Shown one piece after another: positions 12,042-24,384 of a DNA stretch of 64,000 bases. The notes beneath the pieces were generated by a model. The model had not been told where the DNA came from. It saw only the letters and a list, made by a program, of their open reading frames with translations, and searched no databases. The stretch's first letter is position 1. Each line of letters opens with the position of its first letter. The position numbers and the translations under genes were made by a program. The DNA is taken from contig NC_043017.1 in the NCBI RefSeq assembly GCF_006345805.1, positions 17,794,001 through 17,858,000 on the forward strand, read 5' to 3'. The DNA comes from Octopus sinensis (taxonomy: Eukaryota).

Positions 12042-13556
12042 TTCCACAAACATGACAAGAATAATTATGTAAGTTTTAAAAATCCAAGCCTAAATTAAGC
12101 TCAAATACATCACATGGAAAGTTCACCATTATGCCACCTGTTGTTTAAGCCCTTGATATTGTCTTTTGTACTAATTAATACTGCTTTCATTTTTGACAGC
12201 ACAAGAACACTTGTATGTGAGTGCATGTGTATCTCTCTAATATATACTTATATATAACCTTTGTATATTTGCATAAACTCCTTGTGAATATCTATCAACA
12301 AAGGATGTGTATAATATAGAGACTCTTCCCTTTGGTTCAGCAACTGATAGTTTTTGTAGCTATTGGTAATGGCTGGTCAGTCATTCAAGTATGTTTAGAG
12401 AAAAATGGAGGTTTTCACTCAGCTGTGGGTGATGGAAGAACAACTGATGATGATGATGATGATGGTGGTGGTGTCGGTGGTGGTGGTGGTGGGGGGTTGA
12501 CTTGGTTGGTTTTTGGGTGGTTGGGTGTGTGTGTGAGCAAATCTGTTTCATAGCTAAAACTCTGTATAATAAACAAATATTAAATGTAAATTTTGAACAG
12601 TAAATTCCTTTAGAATCTGAAGTACTGGATATACTTTTGTGATTATGTTTTTAATGTCTGTTTTTATTTGTTTTCATTGGAGTTTTTGGTGTGTGCCAAG
12701 GATGAATGCTAATTGTGTGTGTGTGTATATTGTCTTTGAAGATTTTTATTTCCACTCTTAGTTGTCAGATATACTTTGTTCCATGGCCTATAAAGACATG
12801 ACATCTCAGCTCTTTGTTTTGCTGAATATCTTGCCTTAGTTTTCGAGTCTGCTAGCAGATAACTGTGTTTCTCCAGCCACAAAGCCAGAAATGTAAAACA
12901 AAGACAACTTTTTTTTTTCTCTGTTTAGCCCAATTCCAAGAAAGATAATTAATTTTTTTGTTTGTTTTTAAAGAAATGTACATCATAAACTAGACACACA
13001 CACACACTTGTCTTTGTTGCTCTTGGTATAATTTCTGAATATAATCTTATCAGTATTAAGTAATTATTATATATACTACATATTATATACTGTAAATATC
13101 TGTTACAAGTAAAATAGTTTGGGGGATTGTTTTAATATTTCTACCAGCCCTAGTTAGTCTGGCACAAAAATATAATTGTTACTTATATATATGTGCATGT
13201 GTGTGTACATGCAAACGCGCGCACACACTGTACTGTTCCCTTGGAAGAATCAACAAAAATGTGCTCAATTCAGTGAGAAGTTAGTATCATTTAATGAGTA
13301 CAGTATCTACTTCAAGTTGCATGATTAGATGTTAATCATACGAGCTTGTACAGTGCACCATCAATGATGCAGCAATTGTTTGAGCTCAAATGGCATGGCT
13401 TTTCTGTAAGGAAACACTTTGTCATGGAGTAGCCATGTTAATTGACCCTGATGGCTGCTGGAGTGTGCACAGTATGTAATACAAGACTGTCTAATAACTG
13501 ATAGCTGAACATGAAACTTGAAGTAGCTTATGTATAGTTGTTGTATTTATTAAATG

Positions 13557-13589
<33 letters not shown>

Positions 13590-14302
13590 GAAAAAAAAAC
13601 ACCTTTTATCAATTCAAAATGAATAATTAAATTACACCATCTAGAAAATTACATATAATAGAAAAATTAAAATTAAAATAACAATAAAAAGTAAAGATTA
13701 AGTAAATTACAAAAATAATAAAAAATGTATATAATAGGTAGAAAAGTTTGGATTTTATTCCCTCAAATAATATATATACACACATATTACATGTGTCTGT
13801 GGGGAGGGGTATGTGCATCTGACAGAATTGATAGTGTATCAGAAAACATCTCATTCCGAGTTCAAAATCCACTTGGGTCACTTTACTTTTGAATTGTTCT
13901 GAACTCTACAAAGTACCAGTTAATGAACTAAGTACTAGAGTCAGGACAGTGAAGTCAGTGTAATCAGCTCTGCTCTAGTTGACAGTGCTCCAGCATGGCC
14001 ACAGCCCAATCACTGAAACCAGTAAAGAACATAACAGCTAAGCCAACTTTATTCAATCTCTTCAAATAACACACTTCTTGTATTTTTGAAGAAGTGGCTT
14101 ACTTTGAACCTCTGAACTTGTTCTTCCTCATGCACATGCATACTGGTTTTATTTTACAAATTTTACTGATGCAGAATAAAATCTTTGAAAGAGTCAATCA
14201 TCCCCTCAAAAAAGGTGATGTTCTTTTTTTGATGTTGAAGAGGAACCCTGTTGAAACATTAAAATTCACATCTCTCCTTAGCAAACAAATGTATTCAAAC
14301 TT

Positions 14303-14827
14303 TATATTATTTACATTTGATGGATATTTGTTCTCATCTTGTTTGTTGTTAACACAATGTTTCAGTTGATATACCCTCTAGCCTTCATCAGGTGTCTTGG
14401 CGAAATTTCAAACCTGGGTCTCATTCCTAAGGTATTTTTCGATGTTACTATTGTGTGAGAGAGTAGTGAATGCCATCAAAGTGACACTGGGGTAAAATAT
14501 ACGAAGCCCAGTATTCCCATCATGACTACCCGTCTGATAAAGGTACACCAAGTACATGCATGCATCACAACCATATGTGTGCAACATGGTGATCTCATAT
14601 CAAGATAAACAGCGCATGACCTTGCAGGTGGGGCCCAGTTAGAATTTTCTTTTGGTCAAGTAGCCCATCCCGCTCAAAAGGTCTCTGAATAAGGATTGTT
14701 TAAGGATGTTGAACAAACCGCACGTGTTTCCAATTCAGGCAGTGACCTAAATAATAAAAGATAAGAACAAATATTTGTCAAATGTAAATAATGTACATAA
14801 TTCCTCATCTCTTAAATATAGAACTGT
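14303..14827 (-). mobile_element. Penelope-like pLTR-derived element with partly inverted ends and a nested unrelated insert (about 14455-14735)
   Basis: Inverted repeat 14305-14340 vs 14756-14793; minus strand carries GACAC-CTGATGA-A-stemII-GAAAC-ATT-GTGTT (hammerhead-like). Confidence 0.55.
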
Positions 14828-15109
14828 AGTATTCAAACTTGCACACCACATTACTTTCATCACTTTCTTGTTGTGTTGCTATCTTTCTTTTATTTACTTG
14901 TTTGGTTAAACTCCTAAATATGCTCCTTCAAGGCAAGATGTAGGGTTACACAAGCCATAGCTCTACTCAATCAGAGAACTTGGGTCACACTGCCACTAAA
15001 TTATAATTACTGCAACTTTCAGTAAGGTACAGTCTGTAGTTGGGGATTTCCCATCACTATTCAGTTCACAGTTAAACAGTTCAACCATGCTCCATCACTG
15101 TTCATTTAA

Positions 15110-15330
15110 CCCTTTAGCAATTAAACCGGCCATATCCGGCCAAAAGTATTCTGCCTGTTTTATGTTCAAACTGGCCAGATCTGGTCTCTCACACCAACCC
15201 TACAATATCGTTTTAAAAATTAACAGCTACCTCATCAAAATCTCATAGCTACAAGATAATGCATGATTAATTCAAAGCAATGTGGATGAAAAAGCATTAA
15301 TTTTGGAAGAATAATGCGAACACTAAAGGG
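15110..15330 (+). mobile_element. piggyBac-type MITE
   Basis: TTAA-CCCTTTAG...CTAAAGGG-TTAA; near-identical copy at 44672-44892. Confidence 0.88.
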
Positions 15331-15946
15331 TTAACAGCTGTCTCCAATAACAAGTCAATCCACAGTTGAACCAAGCCCCATCACTGTTTAATTCACTATT
15401 GAATCATGTCTGTCACATATGTTTCACCTTCCCTGCAAATATTTCTAAAGAGATAGCATCAGCTGCGATCTAGAGGATGTCAACACCATTGTTTGAAGTG
15501 GGTACAACATTGAGAATCCTGTGGAAATACCAACAGACAACCACTTCAATTTACTCTCAATTTCATCTCACTGTTGTGTAAGAAAAGCCTGAAAGTCTGT
15601 TATAAAGGCAAATCTTCAGAATTTCTGATAATTTTTCATTGAAAACCTGCAGATATGACATTGCCAAAACTACATTGCGAAAATTATGGAAAATCTTAAA
15701 ATTAGAGAGTGGAATACTGATAGTTAATGTAGTTGTATGCAGATACCCTAAAAAAGACAGTGTAGTAATGGATGGAAAGGGGAATGTTTTTGATAATAGG
15801 TCTGCTTTATCAGTTTGACATGAGATCAAGCAGTAACAACATTTTAAAACTGTTGTTGGCCCTTTTGAACCCCATATGTGACTTTACATTAATACATAGG
15901 AGCACTACATTTACATTAAATGATAAATGAGCAACACATTTACACC

Positions 15947-16655
15947 AATCTGGGATATGCTACACATATATGGGATATGCTACACCAATCTAGGATATGC
16001 CACACATATCTGGGATATGCTACACATATCTGGGATATGCTACATATCTGGGATATGCTACACATATCTGGGATATGCTACACATATCTGGGATATGCTA
16101 CATATCTGGGATATGCTACACATATCTGGGATATGCTACACCAATCTGGGATATGCTACACCAATCTAGGATATGCTACACATATCTGGGATATGCTACA
16201 CATATCTGGGATATGCTACACATATCTGGGAAATGCTACACATATCGGAGATATGCTACACATATCGGGAATATGCTACACATATCTGGGATATGCTACA
16301 CATATCTGGGATATGCTACACATATCTGGGATATGCTACACATATCTGGGATATGCTACATATCCGGGATATGCTACACATATCCGGGATATGCTACACA
16401 CATCCGGGATATGCTACACACATCTGGGATATGCTACACACATCCGGGATATGCTACACACATCCGGGATATGCTACACACATCCGGGATATGCTACACA
16501 CATCCGGGATATGCTACACACATCCGGGATATGCTGCACATATCCGGGATATGCTACACATATCCGGGATATGCTACACATATCCGGGATATGCTACATA
16601 TCCGGGATATGCTACACATATCTGGGATATGCTACACATATCTGGGATATGCTAC
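15947..16655 (+). repeat. 20-bp minisatellite (CATATCTGGGATATGCTACA)n, about 35 units
   Basis: Direct period-20 repetition with 18-bp variants; it generates the stop-poor 254/280/165-aa ORFs. Confidence 0.97.
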
Positions 16656-17194
16656 TGTTTCAAACACTGATATCTGTAAGATGACTAGATGTATCATGTC
16701 TGAAAAAAAAAAAATTGTTGGCAGAATTGTTAGCACAATGAGCAAAATGCTTAGTGGCATTTTGTCTGTCTTTCCATTCTTAGTTCAAATTCTGCCAAGG
16801 TCGACTTTGCCTTTCATCCTTTCAGGATTGATAAATTAAGTACCAGTGAAACACTGGAGTTGATGTGATCAACTAGCCCCCTCTCCCGAAATTTATTATT
16901 ATTATTATTATGTCATTTTGCCTTTCATCCTTTCAGGGTAGATGAAATAAGTACCAGTTGAACACTAGGGTGGATATAATTGACTTACCCCTCCTGCTGG
17001 CCTCGTACCAAAATTTCAAACCATTATTATGAAGGTGTGCCAGATGATGGGTTCAATTCCTAGATCTAGCAGTGTTTTGTGTTCTTGAGCAGAACACTAC
17101 ATTTCACGTTTGCTTTATGATCAATTTGACATGTGACGTATGGCACACTTGTGCACTTGTACAGCAATGTCAGATTGATGGTAAGGAATGAACA

Positions 17195-17398
17195 GTGGTG
17201 AGCTGGCAGAATCGTTAGCGCGCCGGGCAAAATGCTTAGCAGTATTTCGTCAGCTATTACGTTCAAATTCCACCGAGGTCAACTTTGCCTTTCATCCTTT
17301 CGGAGTCGATTAAATAAGTACCAGTTACGCACTGGGGTCGATATAATCGACTTAATCCGTTTGTCCTTGTTTAGCCCCTTGTGGGTAGTAAAGAAATA
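17195..17398 (+). mobile_element. Family A SINE with 15-bp TSD
   Basis: TSD GGTA(A/G)GGAATGAACA at 17180-17194 and 17399-17413; preceded by older degenerate copies at about 16735-17030. Confidence 0.85.
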
Positions 17399-17607
17399 GG
17401 TAGGGAATGAACACATACATTTGATCACTATAAACAAATCATTTGTACAGGTCATTCAGCAAAAACTAAACACTCATATGTTGTCTTCGATGGGAGAGTC
17501 CATCATCATTATTATTGTTATTATTATTTTTATAGTCCTAGTTAACTGTTCCCCACCCCATTGAAACATTTATTTCCATTTTTTTTTTGTACACTGTCAC
17601 TTTCCAT

Positions 17608-17902
17608 TCATCATCATCATCATCATCATCGTTTAACGTCTGTTCTCCATGCTAGCATGGGTTGGACGGTTCGACCGGGGATCTGGGAAGCCAGAAGGCT
17701 GCACCAGGCTCAAGTCTTATCTGGCAATGTTTCTACAGCTGGATGCCCTTCCTAACGCCAACCACTCCGTGAGTGTAGTGGGTGCTTTTTACGTGCCACC
17801 TGCACAGGTGCCAGGCGAGGCTGGCAACGGCCATGGTCGGATTGGTGTATTTTATGTGCCACCGGCACGGAAGCCAGTTGAGGCGGCGCTGGCATCGGCC
17901 AC
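17608..17902 (-). mobile_element. SINE-like element with (GAT)n tail (family C, RTE-type tail)
   Basis: Reverse complement of GGTTGGCGTTAGGAAGGGCATCCAGCTGTAGAAAC...CCAACCCATGCTAGCATGGA..GACGTTAAACGATGATGAT; other copies at about 19985-20435, 25100-25295, 33992-34397 and 45092-45420. Confidence 0.8.
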
Positions 17903-18029
17903 GTTATGTGTTTTTTGAATTTTTCATCTGTTCTGAATTCATCACCATCACCATTTTTGTAATTTCTCCTTGTACTGTCACCCTCTTTATTCCTTGCACT
18001 TGTGGCAAATAAATTATTATTAAATGACT

Positions 18030-18215
18030 GAATGAATGAATGAATGAATGAATAGAGAGAAGGAAGGAAGGAAGAAAGAAAGAAAGGAAGGAAGAGAGGA
18101 AGGAAGGCAGAAAGAAAGGAAGAAAGAAGGAAGGCAGAAAGAAAGAAAGAAAGAAAGAAGGAATGAAGGAAAGAAAGAAAGAAGGAAAGAAAGAAAGAAA
18201 GAAGGAAAGAAACCA
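18030..18215. repeat. (TGAA)n/(GAAA,GAAG)n purine microsatellite
   Basis: Direct inspection; source of the F/L/S-rich and K/E/R-rich ORFs. Confidence 0.95.
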
Positions 18216-18904
18216 AGCAAAACAATGAAAAAAAAAACAAAGGAAGCAAAACAAGCAAAACAATGAAAAAAAGCCAAGGAAGCTAAACAAGCACCAAAAT
18301 AGAAAACTAACCAAACCTGGAAATAAGTTGTCCCAAGTGAGGCTGATAATAAGAGAGAAAATAGCAACTAGCATGGGACATTTTTCACTTCATCGAGATT
18401 TGTAAATTAGATTCCAAAAACTGGAAAGCAAGGAAGAGTGGAAGGAAAGAAAAAAAGGAAATAATTCTACAGCTTACATATCACATGATAATATTCCTTG
18501 TAGATCTCTGGATTTTTTTGTTTTTTTTTGGGTTTTTTTTTTTCCCTTTCCTGTTCTGTTCTCTTTATAACGATTTCTCTGAAACCAATTCCATGTTAGT
18601 TTAAGAATGGCTGTGAGTTCTACAGAATATGGACATTTTCGTTTTTTTTTAAAAGGAAATGTTAACACGTAAAGGAGAAGTGTCGTTTTAACGTAAAGAA
18701 TGGTCTGTGAAACAGTTGTTGCTGTTTAGAACAGTTCTTCCTTTCCATGCAAGTCTTTGTGGGTGAGGATGGGTGAAGTAAGGTAGTAAAAATGGATGTG
18801 TTGGAAGGATCACCTTGGACATGGTGGTGGTGGTATATCCACCATCCGTGTCTGTCATTCAGTCAAGTGTGGCCACCTACACTTGAGTGACAGTATAATC
18901 TTAA

Positions 18905-19321
18905 AAGGCGGCGAGCTGGCAGAATCGTTAGCACGCCGGGCGAAATGCCTAGCGGTATTTCGTCTGCCGTTACGTTCTGAGTTCAAATTACACCAAGGTC
19001 GACTTTGCCTTTCATCCTTTCGGGGTCGATAAATTAAGTACCAGTTACGCAATGGGGTCGATATAATCGAATTAATCCCTTTGTCTGTCCTTGTTTGTCC
19101 CTTCTGTGTTTAGCCCCTTGTGGGTAATAAAGAAATAGGTATTTCGTCTGCCGTTACGTTCTGAGTTAAAATTCCGCCAAGGTCGACTTTGCCTTTCATC
19201 CTTTCGGGGTCGATAAATTAAGTACCAGTTACGAACTGGGATCGATGTAATCGACTTAATACCTATGTCTGTCCTTGTTTGTCCCCTCTGTGTTTAGCCC
19301 CTTGTGGGTAATAAAGAAATA
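18905..19321 (+). mobile_element. Family A SINE tandem dimer flanked by 73-bp direct repeats
   Basis: Full unit 18905-19136, then a 5'-truncated unit starting GGTATTTCGTCTGCC; flanks 18832-18904 and 19322-19394 are near identical. Confidence 0.9.
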
Positions 19322-19984
19322 GGTATATCCACCATCTGTGTCTGTCATTCAGTCAAGTGTGGCCACCCACACTTGAGTGACAGTATAATCTTAAGATTTC
19401 TGTCTTAGATGAGAAGCAAGCAGCAAAGATTCTGGAACACAGAGTTTGGTTTAATGAGATGGCACCAGAGCACACTTAATAGGTCAAGATCAACAGCAAC
19501 AATGTAATTAAAATGACAAGAATGCCAAGGAGAAAGCTCTCCCTCCCCACTAATTGTCTTCTGTATAGTCATATGACCTATTAACATTAGCAACCAAATA
19601 CCATCATAAGAAACAAAAGGTAGGACATCTTGGATATGACATTCATCTTTATATCCTTGCGTTTGGATTTAATGAAGTGGAGGTAAAGCAATGTGTTCAC
19701 ATGATGTACTTCGACTACTGCTATGTGTGACTCCAAATGCCCATTGTCATCTCAACAATGTTACTCTTTATAAGAGTTTGATGAGTCCATATTTTAATGA
19801 TACAGGGGTGTTAATGTCTATCACCACATCTCTTTTGAGATTGACTTCCATTGGAAGTGAATAAAGTTTTCCTTTTTTTTTCCCCCACACCACATCTCCC
19901 TTTTTGAGATTTACTTCCCACGGAAGCTTAATATTTTTTCGTTTTGGAACTACCTCCAACAATTCCATATGTTTTCTTTTTCTT

Positions 19985-20435
19985 GTACTGGTTTGCCTTG
20001 GTTTGACAATTTCTTGCACCCATGCTGGTGGCACGTAAAAACCACCTTTCGAACATTGGGCCATAGAGGAAATGTGACCGATGCTGGTGTCGCAAAACTA
20101 TTACCTGTACCGGTGGCATGTAAAAAGCACCTGTTAAGTGTTAGGCCTCATGGAGGCAATAACAAATGACTGAGACCTTAGGCAACCTGCCATGCTTGAG
20201 TGGAAGACCCATCAAGCCAAGAGAAATCATATTCGGGGCCGATACTGGTGTCATGCAACTGGCACATAAAAGCACCCATTGCACCCTCAGAGTGGTTGGC
20301 ATTAGGAAGGGTATCCAGCCATAGAAACCATACCAAATCAGACTGGAGTCTGGTGCAGCTCCTCAGCTTGCCAGCATTGGTCAAACCGTCCAACCCATGC
20401 TAGCTTGGACAACGGACATTAAATGATGATGATAA
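19985..20435 (+). mobile_element. Family C element
   Basis: GGTGGCACGTAAAA repeats, GGTTGGCATTAGGAAGGG, CCAACCCATGCTAGC, GACATTAAATGATGATGAT tail. Confidence 0.75.
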
Positions 20436-20552
20436 TCATGATATATATGTATGTATATAATTATATGCATATGTATATATATGTATGTAGATATATTTGT
20501 GTGTGTGTGTATGCGTAGGTATATATATATATATATATATATTATACATATT

Positions 20553-20587
<35 letters not shown>

Positions 20588-21097
20588 CATTGTTATATGC
20601 ATACATATAGAAAGAAGAGGTGTATTCCCATGCAGGAAAAAATATAGGAGAATTTGTTTTTGAAAATGCACCTGAATTTGAAAAAAATGTAGTTGTTTTG
20701 AAATAGATTGATCCATGTACATACCAAAGTAGTTTCAACAAGTTTTTGTTTATCAATGGTAAAAATGTATATAAAACAATGGGATTTTAACAGAATTTTA
20801 AAATATGAAGTAGAAATTGAACAAAAATGTTTAAATATTCACATAAACTTTAACGACAGGGATAGATAAAATCTAAGTAAATGTTTGGCGATGAATATAA
20901 TAAATGTACATTACTAAAAGTTGGGTCATATTGAGTTTTTATAGAATATGAGAGAAAAAAGAAAAGGTGAAGAGAGTAAGAAATGTTTTTTTTTTTTGCA
21001 GTTTCTGTTGTCCTGCATGTAGTTTTCTTTTCCGTTGCATACTGGGCTTTTTGTTTTTAATATCGTTTTTTGGGAATCAGCGAATATCTTGTGTATA

Positions 21098-21505
21098 CTC
21101 TCTTTTACTCGTTTCAGTCATTTGACTGTGGCCATGCTGGAGCACTGCCTTTAGTCGAGCAACTCGACCCCGGGACTTATTCTTTTGTAAGCCCAGTACT
21201 TATTCTATCGGTCTCTTTTGCCGAACCGCTAAGTGACGGGGACATAAACACACCAGCATCGATTGTCAAGCAATGCTAGGGGGACAAACACAGACACACA
21301 AACACACACACATACAGATACATATATATGTATACATATATACGACGGGCTTCTTTCAGTTTCCGTCTACCAAATCCACTCACAAGGATTTGGTCGGCCC
21401 GAGGCTATAGTAGAAGACACTTGCCCAAGGTGCCACGCAGTGGGACTGAACCCGGAACCATGTGGTTGGTAAACAAGCTACTTACCACACAGCCACTCCT
21501 GCACC
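21098..21505 (-). mobile_element. Family B CORE-like SINE, full length
   Basis: High identity to the reverse complement of 55327-55729. Confidence 0.9.
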
Positions 21506-21795
21506 TATATATACATTTATATATGTTTTTACGCAAAAGGATCTAATTTTTGATTCGTTATAATTTTGATGATGTCTTATTCTGTCTGGTGATGTTTTTG
21601 GTAAAAAAATAGATTTTGTTTTGGCATTAGTATTTTTGGTTGGTTGGTTCCCTGTACATAGGAACAGATTTTGATTGGTGGTAGGTTCATGATGTCACTT
21701 TATTTTGATAAAGAACCCATTTTTGTTTTGGTCAAGTTTGGCATTCTGCTTGGTTGACTTCCCTATAGGGACTCTGTCATTAGTTTTTGCCTAAT

Positions 21796-22206
21796 GGCGA
21801 GCTGGCAGAAATATTAGCATGCTGGGCGAAATGCTTAGCGCTATTTTGTCTGCCATTACGTTCTGGGTTCAAATTCCGCTGAGGTCGACTTTGCCTTTCA
21901 TCCTTTCGGGGTCAATTCAATAAGTACCAGTTACGCACTGGGGTCGATATAATCGACTTAATCCGTTTGTCTGACCTTGTTTGTCCTCTGTGTTTAGCCC
22001 CTTGTGGGTAGTAAAGAAATTGGTATTTCGTCTGCCGTTACATTCTGGGTTCAAATTCCGCCGAGGTCGACTTTGCCTTTCATCCTTTCGGCGTCGATAA
22101 ATTAAGTACCAGTTATGCAATGGGGTCGATGTAATCGACTTAATCCCTTTGTCTGTCCTTGTTTGTCCCCTCTATGTTTAGCCTCTTGTGGGCAATAAAG
22201 AAATAA
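21796..22206 (+). mobile_element. Family A SINE tandem dimer
   Basis: Second unit starts at GGTATTTCGTCTGCC at about 22022. Confidence 0.88.
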
Positions 22207-22464
22207 GTTATTAAAGGATATTTAGTTGCAGTTTATTTTTTTTTAATGAGCATGTTTTGCTTATTCTATCAGAATTGGGTTGGTTGAAGTGTTTCTGGTG
22301 TATTGATAGAGAGGGAAGATTTGGTACTAAACACTTGGGAAGAATGGAAAAGTCTTTGACATTTCAAGCCTACTCTCTTCAACATAAAGGATTAAGAGGA
22401 AAAAAAACAGAGAGAAAGAAATGTGTAGGGATTAACTGTTCAAGATGATGACAAATGATGATGC

Positions 22465-22507
<43 letters not shown>

Positions 22508-22762
22508 TACATTTATATATTACATATATATATATAGACAGATACCACAATTAATTAAAAATATTTATCAAGCTATTGTCTTGTATCTAATATATTATAG
22601 TGTCATGTTTAATAGATTATATCTCTGATTTTGTTCCATAGTTTATCAGTTAATTGTCTAATGAATAATAAAAATGCTGTGTCTGTAATCATGTCTTCAA
22701 TTTCCTTCCATAGATTTGAGGTGCATTGGCCTGTGAATAATCTATGAGGTGTGTATAAGAGA

Positions 22763-23337
22763 ATATGGCAGCGAGCTGGCAGAAACGTTAGCGCGCCTGG
22801 CGAAATGCTTAGCAGTATTTCGTCTGTCGCTACATTCTGAGTTCAAATTCTGCCAAGGTCGACTTTGCCTTTCATCCTTTCAGGGTCGATAAATAAAGTA
22901 CCACTTTCGCACTGGGGTCGATGTCATCGACTTAATACCTATGTCTGTCCTTGTTTAGCCCCTTGTGGGTAATAAAGAAATAGGTATTTCGTCTGTCGCT
23001 ACATTCTGAGTTCAAATTCTGCCACGGTCGACTTTGCCTTTCATCCTTTCAGGGTCGATAAATAAAGTACCAGTTTCACACTGAGGTCGATGTCATCGAC
23101 TTAATACCTATGTCTGTCCTTGTTTAGCCCCTTGTGGGTAATAAAGAAATAGGTATTTCGTCTGTCGCTACATTCTGAGTTCAAATTCTGCCACGGTCGA
23201 CTTTGCCTTTCATCCTTTCAGGGTCGATAAATAAAGTACCAGTTTCGCACTGAGGTCGATGTCATCGACTTAATCCCTTTGTTTGTCCTTGTTTTTCCCC
23301 TCTATGTTTAGCCCCTTGTGGGCAGTAAAGAAATATA
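22763..23337 (+). mobile_element. Family A SINE tandem trimer with 20-bp TSD
   Basis: Units rejoin at GGTATTTCGTCTGTCGCTAC (about 22983 and 23152); TSD TATGAGGTGTGTATAAGAGA at 22743-22762 and 23338-23357. Confidence 0.9.
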
Positions 23338-24384
23338 TATGAGGTGTGTATAAGAGACTGCTTTCAATATTCTTCCATAGTTTAGGGGTCAGTTGTCTTG
23401 TTAATAATATAATGTGTGTATAGTAGATTATGGTTTTGATTTTGTTTCATAGTTTTGAAGACTGTTTAAAGTCTTACATAATGGCTGTAGCAAAATGATA
23501 CCACACAAACAATCCCTACAAAGTTTGTGGGAATAAATGCAGGTAACTTGAAAATTGATTCCAATATTTGACTGGGTCTTATTTTTATGGTTCCTGAATA
23601 AGAAAAGCACAACTGGCTTCAGTGAGGTTTGAACTATTAAAGTGGTTCAACTAAATAGTGTAAGATATTTGATGGTATCCCTGTATAAATTTATATAGAA
23701 ACATATAAAGACATTATAAATGTTATCTGCCTCTCTGCCATTTTTGTCATTTAGCCACTTGACTTACTGGAAATAGCAGCTGAATGTCACTCACATCCCA
23801 CATAGATTATGGGTATGGATTATGTAATCTTTCTGCTAAAAATATAGGGTCACAGTTGAAACAGCTTTGATCATAGTGCTATTTAGTTTGAGTTGACTTA
23901 GGGTTAAAAATCAAGAAATGACCTTCGTTTGAAATGGTTTCTTAGCCGACTTATCCCCAAAGTGAGAAATTGTACATTTCTGAGATAATCTCCTGGAATT
24001 TCTCAGCAAATATAGGTCAGGTTTCATATTGAAATTGCTGTGGAAATTTTCACTCAGTTTAAATGAGAAAACCTGTTGCTATAGCAACAGGAAACTGAAG
24101 AAATTGAGTTTAATTGATGAAAGAACTTCAATAACTTTAAATGAATTTTTCAAATAAAAATCTAAAACATTTTCAGCAAATGAAATGAGAAACTTTGGAA
24201 AGTGTGTATGTATGTGCACACACACATATACATATGTAAAATTCATGTATATGTATGTGTGTCTGTGTGTGAGTGAGTCTGTGTGTGTGTGTATTTAAAA
24301 TCCATACATATACATGTGTATTACATTTGTAAGTTTAATATACAAACGTGTGTACACATACTCATGCATGCACACATATATGCA

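Noticed and set aside
12200-12216. Acceptor TACTAAT..TTTTTGACAG with nearby GTATGT/GTGAGT donors
   Set aside because: It would give 13- or 17-nt non-frame-preserving exons adjacent to TG repeats, where GT donors arise by chance.
14932-14952. AGGCAAGATG (miR-31-like start); also TGACTAGAT at about 16682 (miR-279-like)
   Set aside because: Seed-length matches only, with no supporting hairpin.
15920-16839. 254-, 280- and 165-aa ORFs
   Set aside because: They are all-frame read-through of a 20-bp minisatellite, with no domain or splice support.
18470-18520. Minus-strand PEIYKEYYHVI followed by GTAAG
   Set aside because: Upstream is an A-rich tract rather than a polypyrimidine acceptor.
18796-19052. 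Recurrent ORFs such as GGELAETLARRAKCLAVFRLPLRSEFK and MRNWYLIYRPRKDERQSRPRRNLN
   Set aside because: These are translations of SINE family A on both strands, not proteins.
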